Source: Selaginella moellendorffii
Lineage: Eukaryota; Plantae; Lycopodiophyta
DNA length: 64,000 nt
Reading direction: 5' to 3'
Assembly (NCBI RefSeq): GCF_000143415.4
Contig: NW_003314270.1
Location: 2,101,048 to 2,165,047, forward strand
Shown: in pieces, positions 37,352-51,158 of the stretch
Layout: each line of letters begins with the position of its first letter
How positions within the stretch are numbered: the stretch's first letter is position 1
Translations under genes and position numbers: made by a program
Notes under the pieces: generated by a model
Databases searched by the model: none
Told to the model about the DNA's origin: nothing
What the model saw: only the letters and a program-made list of their open reading frames with translations

Positions 37352-38652
37352 ATGGAGGCATATGATCAGAAGAAATCCTGGGGGAGGGAGTTCGTGGCGG
37401 GCGGGCTGGGAGGAATGGCGGGCGTGATCTCGGGGCATCCGCTTGATACCATCAGGATCCGGCAGCAGCAGCCGCGCCACGCTCTCTCGTCGGTGCCGTC
37501 ATCCGCCACTGGAATGGTGAGGCATTTGCTCAGAACAGAAGGTGTGCGCGCGCTCTACAAGGGAATGTCGTCGCCGCTGGCCACCGTTGCCCTCCAGGTA
37601 CCAATTTTTATGATTTTTACTTCAGAGCTCCTTGTTGGAATCCTGTTTGGATCGATTTTCATGCCAGGTTTCGCATTTAGCTACCTGAGAAAGAAAATTT
37701 GTGCCGGTTGCCAGGTACAATTGTTTCAAAGTAGACAATGCTGCTTGCTAGTGTACTGCTGCCATTGTTCCTGTTGGTGAGAGTGTCGTGCTCTGAGTTG
37801 CTTAACTTGGGAGTTTGGTGTCCCTGAGAGTGAGAAATTTGTCTCTGACACGTCTTTTTTATCACAAATCTCGTGGTGGTTTCTTTCTAAAGCTGGTCTT
37901 TTGCGGTGTTCGCAATACTAATTTTTTAATGTGCACAGAATGCCGTCGCCTTCCAGACTTACGCTACTCTTTGTCGAGTACAGTCACCGGATCAACGAAA
38001 CGAGACGCTTCCTCTGCAAAGAGTCGCTGTCGCTGGCTTTGGAACAGGTGCGCTCCAGACGCTGATACTGACACCCGTGGAACTCGTCAAGATCAAGCTG
38101 CAAATCCAGCGATCGCTCAAAGGGTGCTCCAAGTCCGCCAACCTTCACGGGCCGCTCCAAGTCGCGCGGAAGATCACCCAGACAGAGGGCCTCCGGGGGC
38201 TCTACCGCGGCCTTGGAATCACGCTCATCAGGGACGCCCCGGCTCACGCAGTCTACTTCAGCTCCTACGAGTTCTTGCGCGAGAAGCTCCACCCGAGCTG
38301 CCGGAAAAACGGTGGTGAGTCGATCCTCACGCTGCTCACGGCGGGAGGATTTGCGGGGGCTCTCAGCTGGATCGTGTGCTACCCGTTCGACGTGATCAAG
38401 ACAAGGCTCCAGTCCCAGGGTCCCGGAGCCGAGATGAGATACACGGGCATCGTGGATTGCTTGAGGACTAGCGTCCGCGAGGAGGGGAGAGGGGTGCTGT
38501 GGCGTGGATTGGGGACCGCGCTGGCTCGAGCGTACCTGGTGAACGCCGCCATCTTCTCGGCCTACGAGATGAGCTTGAGGTTCCTCTCGGCGTCGAGAGC
38601 TCCGGACGCCAAAGCGTTTCTTAAAGGAGCCGAGGAGGCGACGCTACCGTGA
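37352..38652 (+). CDS. BAC2: Mitochondrial basic amino acid (arginine) carrier (exons 37352-37597, 37939-38652)
   Basis: WGREFVAGGLGGMAGVISGHPLDTIRIRQQQ, PVELVKIKLQ, REKLHPSCRKNG and YPFDVIKTRLQ match plant BAC2. Confidence 0.88.
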
Positions 38653-38893
38653 GTTATAGGGAGAGTGCCCGATTGATCGTATCGATTTGTTTGGTCTTGT
38701 TTTGCTTGGAAATCCCTGTGTTGTGAATAGAGATAACGCCGAAGAAACGAATAGGGATATTCTCGAATCTTAGTGATTGTCTGGCAAGGGAATCGATCCA
38801 GGGTCCACGTGAGCCGTACTTTAGTACGGAGTCCACTTAAAAAGCTCGAGGGCTTCCAGGAGGAGAAAGCAAGTGTAAGAGCGGAGCTAGGCT

Positions 38894-41800
38894 ATGGCGG
38901 AGGGAGAGGAGGTTTTAGGGCCGGGAGCTGGGATGCTCTTCTTGGATGAGGAAGGGGTGGGGCAGGCATTCTTGCAGAGCTTCGGGAGCGACAGCCCCGG
39001 GCGGGATCACGTCGTGGAGGAGGCGCACAAGCTAATGCGGGGGATCTTAGACTCCCGGCCCAATCCCCCCGCGGCGCTTGTGAGCAAGCTCGCCGCGATC
39101 CTCGAGCAGGAGGAGACGAGGTATTTGGAGAGAAAATCTCCAGTGTTCTAGGGCAATCGAGGAAATTCAATCGGTAATGTTTTTCTTTGGCTTCTCTCCA
39201 GGTTCCAGCTCAAGCTTGGGGCGTCGGAAACTACACTCTCGCGATCGTCTCACACTATAGGGAGGCTTTTGGTCATGATCAAAGTAAGCTCAATGGTCGT
39301 ATTTTTATTTTTTTTCGTGCTCATTTCTTCTCCATCTCCAGGAAGATGAGTATTTCATTGATACAATTTCGGGTATTCTGCTAAGGGAGAATGATCCATT
39401 GCCTCTCCGGGCTGCTGCCGCTAGACTACTACTTATTTGCGTGTCTTGCTGGATGGTGAGTTCTTATTCTACATCAGATATAGAAGCTAACAAAATTTTC
39501 CTTTTTATGCAGTATTCCTATTCCTTCGAAGATTTGCTACTCTCCTTGATTAAGCAGCTTGTGACGGAAGAACTAGATAGGCCATGCGTGTTCACAAATA
39601 AGAAGCCGAGTGATGGCGAAATATTAAGGACTTTTGCTATTGGGCTTTTTTCATGTGCCCTCTCCGGGTAAGTTTTTTTCTTTTCTTCCTTTCTTATATG
39701 ACTTTGGAGCTTAAAAAACTGTTTTGGCAGCAGTCAGGAAGTTGCGGAAGAAATTCTTGCCACTGGCCTTCCTGCGAAATTCATGCGTTACTTACGAGTA
39801 TGGACCTTTGGTGACTCGGTTAAACCTGACCATGGCAACGGTGGTGTAGCTAACGGGCACAAAGAAGGTCGAATACGGCCTCGGCAACATGTCGATGCTG
39901 CTACACTCGACAAACGAGTAACGAATGTTGAAGGTGGCAGTGGTGAAAGTTCAGGGAGACAGATTGTAGAAGATATGGTTGACGGTATACCTGAGGAGAA
40001 ACCTCGTAAGAAAGACATTCCGGAAGGTAAAATCAGAGGCAACCACGATGATGAGAGTTTAAGAGTGCCGGAGGTACGTGATCGAGGTGGGGGGAAAAGT
40101 CGGGGGAAAACGAAGCTGTCCGACAGTGGTACAGATGAGAAGCATGTCAGAAAGGAGAAAGCTAGGACGCAGGTCAGCACGAATGAAGATGTGAAAATAT
40201 ACATGGCTGGGAAGGTAGATGTTTCGGTGTTTGCCAGGAGAGCGGTCTCTGCTGCGCAGGCAGAAGCTAAAGGGGCAAATGCTTCCGACGAGGCGATCAA
40301 GGCCGCCGGAGATGCGGCTGCCGAACTTGTGAGGGCCGCAGCACTTGAGGTAGAACTTACGTCCTTTCATAAGATATTTTCTTAGAGACTGTGTTTTACA
40401 GGCACTTGTTACAACTGAAGACGAAGCATCTGTGTTGGCTGCTGCAGAGGCTGCAGCGGCAACAGTTGTAGATGCGGCCGGGGTTGTCAGGTTTGTTTTC
40501 TTCCGTTTCCTTTTTCTTACTCTCTTATGTCTGTTCGGAATTTCCAGGTTGGAATCTTCCTTGAAAGAGAGGGCCAAGCCAAAGGAGATGGAGCCAAAAA
40601 TCCAGGAAGGTGAAAAGGATGAAACAGAACATATTCGGGATCCGAAAAGCTTGAACTTCTTGAAAGCGCAATACTGCGTGCAATGCTTGGAGAAGCTTGG
40701 AGAGTATATCGACATACTGGGACCTATACTGCAAGAAAGAGGTGTTGAAGTTTGCCTTGAGTTGCTGAGGAGATATGCCCGTCCTGGGGAAAGCGTTGAA
40801 GCGCTGGCCATGGCTGCAGATGTTTTAAGGCTGGTTTGTGCACTCGCTTCTCATCGAAAGTTTGCCACACTATTCGTTGATTTGGGAGGTATACAGCAGC
40901 TTCTCTCGATTCCACGAGTTCCGCAACATTATACTGGTGTCTCTTTGTGCCTTTTCGCTATTGCTTCTTTACAGGTATGGAAACTTTTAGCACCATCTCT
41001 TATTTAACGTTTAACTGTATTGCAGGGTGTTATGGAGAGAGTCTGTGCTTTGTCTCCGACAGTTATACATGACTTGGTGGCGCTAGCATTTCAGCTGCTA
41101 GAATGCCCCAAAGATACGCCACGACGAAACGCTGCTCTATTCTTTGGATCGTCGTTCGTTTTTCGAGCTATCATCGATGCTTTTGAAAGCCAAAACGGCC
41201 TCCGAACGTTTTTAAACCTTTTACGGGATACGGTCGCTATAAGATCTGGTGGAAATCTACGTAGCGATCGTGGTTCTTCTGCGGAAGTGCTAACTTCCAC
41301 TGACAAGCAAATCACTTATCACACTTGTGTTGCGCTGAGACAGTACTTCAGAGCTAGCTTTCTGCTCTGGGTGGACTCTTTGAAGCCTTGCAAGGGCCAT
41401 CGCGGAGCTTCTCGCAACTCAAATCACACCAGGGACTCCTACAAACCGATTGACGTGAGCAATGAAGCTACAGAGGCGGTCATACAGCAACTGTGGCGTG
41501 ATAAAAAGCTCGCTGCCCAATTTGTTAAAATCAAATGGCCCGCATTGGAGAAGTTTATCAGCCAGAATGGACACATATATCTACTCGAGCTAGCTCAGGT
41601 ACGTCTGATGGTATTGTAGGTGGAAAATGATTTCATTTTGTTTCTTTCAGGCTGCGCCAGGGGAAAAATACCTGCACGAAAGTGCTCTACATGCTCTTGC
41701 GGTTTTGCAAATCGTGACTCTAGTACCAGGTTATCGGAAAGTGGTGGTCGGTTCTGTCTTGAGCAATGGACGTTCTGGAATGTCAGTTCTTCTAGATGCA

Positions 41801-44800
41801 GCTAGTGGAGCCGCTTTTGTAGACCAGCCAGAGGTAATATGCATTCCTACTGTTGTTTTTTAATCGAGCTCGTACCTATGCAGGTTATACAAACTGCTTT
41901 GTTAATACTGGTAAATCTTGTATGTCCGCCTCCTGCATTTTCAAGTCGCTCCGCGCCTGGTGGTGCTAGTGCAACACCTGCGCCAGTTTCAGACACGAAA
42001 GATAGGCAAAGAGGAGACGACAGAACTGATAACGGAGCCGGGACATCTCTCTCATTGTCTTCACCTCTAGTTGGTGACACGAGGATATCGTTGGGACCAG
42101 GATCTGGAGGGCCTGGACTAGCAGCATCTATGGAGCAAGGCTATCGGTTTGCTCGTGAAGCAGTGCGAGCTAATAACGGCATCAAAGTTCTTTTGCACTT
42201 GCTGTATCCGCGAACAGTTTTGCCACCCTCCGCTCACATTCGTGCCCTTGCCTGTCGGGTGCTACTGGGACTTGCACGGGACGAAGCCATTGCTCAAATC
42301 CTCACGAAGTTACAAGTAAGTTCTCTATAGTTCTTTGTTTCTTACCACCTCTATTCGCTGCAGGTTGGGAAACTTTTGTCAGAACTTCTGAGGGATGGAT
42401 CACAAGCAAATCGTGCAGGACAAGACAGATGGCAAACTGAATTAAGTCAGGCCGCCTTGGACTTGATAGGGGTAAGTTAGATTCCAACTTCGTTGTGCTT
42501 GTACTCACTTCCTGGTGACGGCAGATTGTGACAAATGCAGGTCGAGCTAGCACTGTTGCAAGTGAGGCAGCGGCGCCTACATTGCGACGAATAGAGAGGG
42601 CTGCTATTGCTGCGGCAACACCGATAAATTATCACTCCAGGTAAGTGATCACCTTCTTATTTCCAATTTCAGTTGACTGTATATCTCGTGTTCACAGGGA
42701 GCTTTTACAGCTTATCCACGAGCATCTTCTAGCTTCTGGGTTCACAAGCACAGCTTTAACGCTGCTCAAAGAAGCTCAACTGGCGCCTTTGAATCCCTTG
42801 TTGCCAGCGGCATCACTTCCAAGTTCATCCACCGCCCAAGAAGTTCTCACTGATCAAAAGGTGGAGATGCAATGGCCAAGCGGTCGGTTAAACGGTGGTA
42901 CATTTCTGGCCAACAAGCAGGGCAGCGATGACGACAGACAAAATTTTGATTGTTCGAGGAGGCGGCTAGCCTTGACTCCTAGAAAAACAGGTGCTGGTAA
43001 AGAAGGGGTTACATTAGAGGGACAGGACACACATGCAACGGGGACTAGATTGAATACTACCGAGGACAGCACGTCAAGAACGCCGGTGCTGCCAAAGAGC
43101 TCACTCAAACGCAAGTTAAGCGATAAGGATGCATCCCCAAACAAGAGGCCATACCTCTCCACTAACGGCGCTGCTCCGGCAATGCTTACTACTCCACAGG
43201 TGCGGTTTAAGACCACCGACAACACTTGTGAGACTCCCTTAACGACAACTCCAGCTCTTCAAGATTTGGGAGCCAAGGCCTCGGAGAAGCTCGACGATTT
43301 TCCAGAGCCCTCGAGCTTTACGACTCCGGCCGTCCACGGCTCGCATCCAAATCTACTCGTGGAGCACAACGCGAACGAGCGAGCAACGCTAGACAGCCTC
43401 GTGGTGCAGTACCTCAAGCACCAACACCGCCAGTGTCCGGCTCCAATAACCACGTTGCCGCCGCTCTCGTTACTTCATCCTCACGTCTGCCCGGAGGCCA
43501 GCAGAACTCTCTACGCCTCGTATAACACTTCTACAAGGCTCGGCACGAGAGAGATCAACCCACCTTACGGTGGCATGCACGGGCGACGGCACAACAGGCA
43601 CTTCATCTACAGCAGGTTCCGGCTAGTCCGTGTGAGCCGAGACGAGGACGCAAGGATACTTACGTGCGGAACGTTTGTGCTGGGCCAAACCGGATGTTTT
43701 GCTGCCGGTTGTCACGGCGGAAACATCGTGCTGTTTGATGCAAACAACGGAACCACGCTCGAGAGACACGGCTGCCACTTGACCCCGGTAACAAGCTTAC
43801 AATCGGCCCCGCATTCGATATCAGGTGACTCCGGCTCGGGACAGCTCCTCCTTTCGTCGTCAACCTCGGATGTGAAGCTTTGGAACTCGGCAGGCTTGAC
43901 ACCAGGCCCGCTTCACACCTTTGACAACTGCAAGTCGGCTCGGTTTAATCACGCTGGGACGATGATCGGTGTCACGAGATCGGGGCAACACGCCAAGGAA
44001 GTGATGCTCTATGATGTAAATAACTACACATTATCGCACACACTCACGGACGCTTCAATCACGACTCCAGTCCGCGGCCAGTTTCCGTCTCAGATCCACT
44101 TCAGTCCTTCCGACATCATGGTTCTCTGGAATGGTGTCCTGTGGGATCACCGCATCCCTGGAGCCGTCCACCGGTTCGATCAGTTCACGGACTACTGCGG
44201 TGGTGGCTTCCATCCGGCTGGAAACGAGGTGAGCCTTTAGTGTTGTTTCTAGCTCGTGCTGAGTCTAAAGTTTTGGTTTTGGATCTTTTCCAGGTTATCA
44301 TCAACTCGGAAGTATGGGACCTTCGAACTTTCAAGCTGCTGAGAAGCGTGCCGTCGCTGGACCAGACAGTTCTTACGTTCAACCCGCGAGGGGACGTGAT
44401 CTACGCGACTCTCCGGCGCAACACGGACGAGGTTGGTATGGCCTTGAACTCGAAGCGAGCCCGGCACCCTCTCTTCTCGGCGTTCCGGACCATCGACGCG
44501 GTGGACTACTCGGACATTGCCACGACGCAGGTGGACCGCTGCGTGCTCGACTTGGCCACCGAGAACAGCGAGTCGGTGATCGGGGTGGTGGCGATGGAGC
44601 CCAACCAGGTGATGGACTCGTACGTGAAGTTCTACGAGGTTGGAAGGAGGAGACCCACGGACGATGATTCCGACCCGGACGATGGCATGGACACGGACGA
44701 GGAGAACGAGATGGATGGAGACGATGACGAGGAGGACGACGATGACGACGATGGCCCCCGGCTGCTCTCACCCGGATCGTCGGAAGATGGCGAGGAGGAC

Positions 44801-44974
44801 GAGGAGCAACTGGAGCTGGATCTGAGCGACGAGGATGCTGATATCTCGGCCAATGGGATCTTCGAGTTTCTATCCGAGCCGGACGACAATGGCGATCGCA
44901 GCTCGTATGATGAAGAGAGCGACGATGGCGATTTTGGCGATCAATCGCCCGAGTTCTCTTTGCTGGATTTTTGA
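38894..44974 (+). CDS. DCAF1: DDB1- and CUL4-associated factor 1 (VprBP homolog), multi-exon
   Basis: ARM-like region, LisH (ELLQLIHEHLLASG), TLDSLVVQYLKHQHRQCPAPITTLPPLSLLHPHVCPE, WD40 region (FHPAGNEVIINSEVWDLR) and acidic tail. Confidence 0.95.
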
Positions 44975-45172
44975 TCGCTAGAGTGGAGAGATGTTTGTAT
45001 CTCTTCTACAGGAACTGCTCTAACGGATAATGTGTAGATCTCACGGGGAAGTCTTGCGCTCATCTGGGCCGTTCGTTTAGGAACGGTCGAGATCTTGGCA
45101 CTGTGTTGTATCCAGCCGTCGGATACCAACGGTTGGGATTGGTTGAAATTTTAGAGTCTAGGGTTTTTGGTG

Positions 45173-48031
45173 ATGGAGGACGCGCCCACGCGCTACGGCA
45201 ATGGCGATTCTTCCTCGTCGCGGGGCGGCGGCGATTCTCGGAAACAGGTGTGCTGTGTGTGTTCTTGCGGGCAAATTTCGGGAGATTTTGCGAGGGAATG
45301 TGGCCGGAGGTGATGGAGATTGTGGGTTGTGCAGGCTGTGCTGGAGCGGCTGGCGGGGCTGGAGCCCTGGGATCTGTGTAGCGAGGCCAAGGTGGAGAAA
45401 TGCAGGGCTACCAGGGATTTGAGGAGCTGTGGGAGAACCGTGCAGCATCTCCTCACATCTTGCGGCCACGCGTGCCTGTGCCTGGAATGCTGCCACCGCT
45501 GCGACATTTGCCCGATCTGCCGGATGCCAATTCCGAGAAGTGGGGAGGCCCTCAAGCTCCGCCTCTACGACGAATGCGTGGATGCTGGGCTCCTCCCTTT
45601 CTTCCAGGAGGAAGAGTTTCAAGAGAAAGAAGAAGACGGGCCTTACTGGACGCTGGATGCCTGGAGACTTTGCTCCTTCTTTGACATCTCTGTGGAGAAC
45701 AGCATGGCATCCTTGGTTTGTCACTGTATCCTTTTTCGACGTGCTGTTGTTTCGATTCGTTTTGTTTGTTCTTCCTTGACAAGTGGCCAGATGTGACCGA
45801 CGTTTGCATGGACGAAGCTGCGATTTCAAGTGATCCTGTCATCTCTATGCTTCTTGATGGATCCGTCGTGAAGGAGTGGTGCAAGAGAACGTTCCTCACG
45901 ACAGTGAGAAAGCTACGCGATATATGTAAGTTTTTTCTTTCCTCCTTTTCTTCTCACTAGCTCTCTTGTCATCGTTTCAGATAATTCCAAGCCAACACAA
46001 AGCAAAGCCGATGTTTTAGACAGGCATGGGAAGAGACTACAGGGGTTGTGCTACGTACTGGATGCACTTGAGGCACCACTTACTGCTAGTTCGGCATCTC
46101 TAGTGGAGTTGCAGCAGCTTTTAGAAAGCGTTAGGATAGTGATCCAGGTACGAGCTGATATTCTCTCCTGATGTTTTACTAATTGCTGGAAGCTTTGTTC
46201 CAGCATTTGGATCTGATGACATGGTGCATACGGCAAAAGTTCCTTGATAATGTTCCGAGCTGCTTTACGAGCATTGCTCACTGGAAGGTTGCCTTTCAAG
46301 AACGAAAATGGGCTGCAAACGATAGAGTATGGCCAGAGTACATGGCCAACACTGGACGGCTGGGACCAAAACATGCGGGCGCACTCTTCATCGAAGACGC
46401 TTTGAGCATTGGTCTTGGAAAGGACGACGGCGATTCGAGCAACTTGATGCTTGATCTCGGATCATTGAAGCATGGAAACCTCGCTACGTATCAGGCACCT
46501 GACAGTGACTATCCTCCAGAAAGTACTCGTGCAGCGGTTGACGCTCTTTTTCTGGAAGGAAGCTCTGATCTCTTCTTCGCCAAAAAGGCAATCGTATCCT
46601 TCTGCAATTGTTTTATTACGTTTTCTCTGTTGTCCTTAACACAGCCAGTTTCTCTATTACTTGTTTGATCGGCACTGGACGTGTCCCGAGCTTCAATGGA
46701 GACATGTCATCGAAGATTACGTCATGACCTTCTCGATACCAAGACAGTCAATGCTGGAGTCCTTCGTTTTCTACCTTCTTGACAACAAAAGTGATGAGGC
46801 ATTACAGGTAAGGTCTTGGCAGCGGTTAACAATACTTGTATTGATGCGCTTATTTCAGGAGGCCTGTCGCTGGATCCCAGAGATTGTTAGTCCGAGTCTA
46901 CATCCAAAAGTTTCTCTCGTTTTGCTGGAGAGAGGAAGGCCTGATGCAGCCTTGTCGGTTCTACAATCAACTGGTCGGTTTAGGCCACGCGAGGAAATAT
47001 TGACACCGCTACCACTGTCCGAGGCGGTGACGGTTGTCAGAGTGTTGCTTGAATGCAGCATGCTAAGTGAAGCTTACCTCTACCAACAATCACATGTCAA
47101 GGCTATCCGAACTAACACCAAGCAGCAGAAGGACGAAGATGTAGTTGCCAGTGACTGGGTGCAGGAAATGGACGTTTTGTTAGGGGAAGTATGCTTCATC
47201 TGCATAAGGCAGAACTGCATGGTAAAGGTGTTGGAGCTGCCTTGGAAGCTGGACGAGGAGAAAGTTCTGAGGAAATGTCTTCTTGAGCAGGCGATTGAGG
47301 ATCCATCATCGTCCTCTGGAAGTCTTCTGGCCGTCTTCTATCTTCAGGTACGTTTTTATGCAGTTGTTGAGTTTCCTAACTTCTTTTGTTTTTTTCTTCT
47401 TCCAGCGGTGCCGTTTCTCAGAAGCGTATGCAGTCCATAGGCGCTTGCTCAGCCTTGAGCGGCAATATATAATGGAGAACATGAGCACAGACGTGGTGCA
47501 AAGGATATGTGAGCAGCGAACAAAACTGATGGTACGTCGTACTTCTGTTCCTGACTCTCTAATATACGTTGTGTTGTGCAGGAAAAATCGCTGGAGATAC
47601 TCCCGGAAGTGGAGCGTGAGCAGCTAATGAACGCTACGGAGGATGGCCGGCTCGACAACATGGACTTTGATCCATCACAGGCGGCAGAAGCAACCTCGCG
47701 CGTAGAGGAATTCAGCTTTCGGCAACTTCCAACGCTCCCTTCGAGCATGCCCCTCACGAGCACAATACCAGAAACTCCAGGCTTTAGACAACGAGCGACG
47801 ACGCCGGCCAAGAGTCCCGTGCTGTCGCCGCTGAGATCTCCGTTTCTGTCAGCGGCCAACAAGCCCGGAGGACTCGTGACCCCGGGAATGAGTCCGCTGC
47901 TCGGTAAGCGCTTGAGATACGACACTGACGCGAGCTTTTATGGGCAGACCATTACTGACTTTGAAGCTGCTCCTCGAGAGCATGTCCCTGCCAACGAAGA
48001 CCGCAACCACGCCATGGTTGTCTCCTGGTAG
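45173..48031 (+). CDS. HOS1: E3 ubiquitin ligase HOS1 (RING-like plus ELYS domain), multi-exon; 3' end approximate
   Basis: EAKVEKCRATRDLRSCGR...CGHACLC..C..RCDICPICR, CHYVTDVCMDE, AIFLYYLFDRHW and GSLLAVFYLQR. Confidence 0.93.
45726..45790 (+). other. U12-type (minor spliceosome) GT-AG intron in HOS1, 65 nt
   Basis: 5' site GTATCCTTT and branch site TTCCTTGAC 10 nt before the 3' end. Removal restores CHYVTDVCMDE. Confidence 0.88.
46594..46648 (+). other. U12-type (minor spliceosome) GT-AG intron in HOS1, 55 nt
   Basis: 5' site GTATCCTT and branch site TCCTTAAC 8 nt before the 3' end. Removal restores KAIFLYYLFDRHW. Confidence 0.88.
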
Positions 48032-48302
48032 CTGGTAAACATGTCTAATTTTGCTAATGTTTTGAAAATCTGGAGCTTCCTCCAATTGCTTCTGCAAGGC
48101 ATTCATTCGTTGTTTTCTTCGGGTACGCATCTTTTCTAGTTTCTCTTCGCAAGTTTCTCACGAGGAGCAAGCTTTCTTTCCTTTGTTTTTTTGTGGTAGT
48201 AATTCTCCAGAGCGCAGCCACACCCCCGTTTTGGGATGACACGAGTGGGAGAAAAATGATAGGTACTTGGAATTAAGCAAGTGCTTTGTTTCTTATCTTC
48301 GT

Positions 48303-48333
48303 CCTCTCTCTCTCTCTCTCTCACACACACACA
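48303..48333. repeat. (CT)n(CA)n microsatellite just downstream of the adenylate kinase stop
   Basis: CTCTCTCTCTCTCTCTCTCACACACACACA. Confidence 0.85.
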
Positions 48334-48353
48334 GAGTGAAACGCTTGCTCTTG

Positions 48354-51158
48354 CTAGATCCCGAAGAAGGACCAGATGCTTTTGGTTTTGCTTGCCTCTC
48401 TGGATCACAACCAGCATTCCTTGTGAGGAAGAAGTCACGAGCAACGAAAACTTACTTCGATCGCCCGGCGAAGACGTCTTGCAGCTCTGTTGGGGTGGGG
48501 CGGCCTGCGAATGTTGCTTCCTGGATGTATGTCTCACTGCTGTAGCCTGTGTCAATTCGCTTGTGGACTTCGTAGGGGCCAGGATACTTCATCCTGCAAC
48601 ATCAAACAATTTTTTTTCAACGGAGGAATTTGAGCTCGGTCTCTCTCTCACCTGAGCGCTCCCATGATTGGATAGAACGTTCCAGCTCTGTAGAGGAGCC
48701 TGAAAGAGTAGCAAACGAAGAAAGAGTCTGAAAACTCCATCCTTTGCTCTCTCCCAATCACCTAGGAAAATCAAAGACAACGAAGCTTTCTTATACATTC
48801 CAAGTTAAAGTTTACCTGCATCACTCCTCCGGCGCCTGGAACGTCCTGCAAACACATAAGAAAACCATTACTTGTGAGTTTTAGTTTCCATAATGTTCTA
48901 ACTTGAGTTCGTCACCTTGAGCTGCGGATTGACGAGAATAACTGGTCTGTCTCCGGCTGCTTGCACCATTGCTTGTAAATCCTGTAACAATAGAAAACTC
49001 TCTTTGAAATGAACAAAAAAGGAGGAGAAAATCAACACGCGACTTTCACCTCTATGATGCAATTTCCGACGGCATTTTGCGGAGCCATGAGGATGAACAT
49101 GTCATCCGTTTCGAACACATCGCTTGCAGCTGAGAGAGAGAGATCAGTACATCCATCGATCCAGAAAGAATAAAAAACAAAAAGCATTCATGACTTTGGC
49201 ACCTATTGCACCAATGTTGACAAACGTTCCTTTTGCTCCGTAGTCGCCCCAGTCCATAACCTCGAGCATCCTCCTGGAGCCCGAGAGTTGCAGTGGCATT
49301 CCTCTGAAGATCCCTTCTCCCATTGGGCCTTGTACACAAACCTGAAAGATGTTTAAGCTCGTCAAGTTCTTCCTAGTGAATGAACTGAAAAGAGAAACAA
49401 TAAGGGAGGAAGAGATCAAATACTTTGACTCTTTTCCCATCGTTGGCAAACGTAAATGCAAGCTCTCGCACCAGCTCCAGCAAGGTTCCAGCTCTGTAAA
49501 CATCCTGCACAAGAGAGCTTGATCATCAAAAGCCAGAACAAAAAGGCTGTGTCTTTTGATAAATACCATCTCAGGATTCAGCTCCGGTATTGTGATTTCA
49601 ACCTGATTGTAATAAGACTTTGTTTGCTTCTGTACCTATTATGCGAATATATCATCAGCTGAGCAAACCTTGAGCTTGTGAAGGCCGTCTTCAACCGCAT
49701 TTCTCACGCCTTCGCAGACCTCTGTGTAGAAATACTCGCGGATTTCTCTCGAGTGCGGGATGCTATTTAGTTTAGTCGGCATCCCTCTCCAGCTGTCCTG
49801 GAAGTTTGCTCTAGCATGGAGCTCTCAGCTGGAAAGGAAAGCTTCTTAACTTACCGAGTTGAGAAAATACCTGCTTAGGCTTGGATACTTTTGTAGCAGC
49901 CTTCAAAGAGGAAAATACGCTGTTTAGAAAGAAACTATGACCGAGAACGAACTAGCCAACCTTGATATGATCGTCCAGAAAGCTACTAATGTCTCCAAAA
50001 ACCTCGCTCTTGGGTCGATTACCATCAACCTGGCATTGCATGCATCAAAGCTTTTCTCTCGAAAAAAGAAAAGATCAATCAATCACCACATACAGTTTTG
50101 ATGCAGCTCTCGTACACAGACAACACAGAAGCGAGGTTCTCGTGGTAAGTTCGCAAGCGCTCCATTGCCTAGGAAGTTTAGCTGTGAAACATTCTTAAAA
50201 ACAACATCTTTACCTTTTTTTCGGTGTCGTCACTGCGTTGAATCAGCCTCGCGGCAACCTCTGGATCCTCGGGAGGGAAATACTTGAGGTGGTAAATCTT
50301 TCCAGTCACGGGATCGAGCCTTCTTCCGACCACTCGCTCGATCAAGACGTCTTCGGGCACCTGAGAAATTCAGCGTGAAGGAAGAACCAAGTCGAAGAAA
50401 AGAGGCAATACTTGCCTCCAGTAGTATGAAAAGCTGTGGTCTTATTTTCAGAGCTTCGAGTGCTTGAGCCTGTGATAAACTCCGGGGATATCCATCCAGG
50501 AGCCAGCCAGCTTCGCAAACATCTGGTAGCTGCAATCTTTGCTTGACCATCTATGAAAACTTTCGCGAGTGAGAATGAAAGAGAATTATGCGATAGAACT
50601 TACCGAGACCACAACATCATCGGGAACAAGTTTGCCTTGATTCATAAACTCCTTGGCCCTCTTCCCATAATCAGTGTCTGCGGCAACTTCCGCTCGTAGC
50701 AAATCTCCAGCGGAAATATGGACCAGATTGTACTAGAATTGTCACACACAATTGTAAGCTTGCAACACAACTTTCAGTGGATGGATCATACCTTGTCTTT
50801 GATCATCTCACATTGCGTGCCCTTGCCTGACGCTGGGGCGCCTGAGATCATAACGTTGAGGCCACCCCCTTGCTTCCGAGCGTAAATCTACACGAGAACG
50901 AGCAAATCCATTGACAACCACACACACAAAGCCGATAACAAATCAAGGATTGGATTGAGGCCATACCACTATCCGAGTGGTCTTCTTTGTGGAGGAGATT
51001 GAGACGCTCTTATAGGGCGCATTGGTAATGATCGATTGCCTCTCTTTCCAGGCCGGAGGATACAAGGACCAGGAGGCCACGCCACAGCTGGAAGCACCAT
51101 TGGTGCTCTTGTGGGGCGAGCACGGCGAGCCCAGAACACCAAGCGAGTGCGAAGCCAT
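48354..51158 (-). CDS. Chloroplast adenylate kinase with C-terminal DUF1995-like extension (AMK5/At5g35170-like), many exons
   Basis: [14 protein letters not shown]-loop, [10 protein letters not shown] and [17 protein letters not shown]-terminal domain [19 protein letters not shown] and [13 protein letters not shown]; last exon ...SIWSFFGI*. Confidence 0.9.

Noticed and set aside
38894-48031. DCAF1 and HOS1 adjacency as a ubiquitin-ligase gene cluster
   Set aside because: They belong to different E3 systems, and adjacency is unremarkable in so compact a genome.
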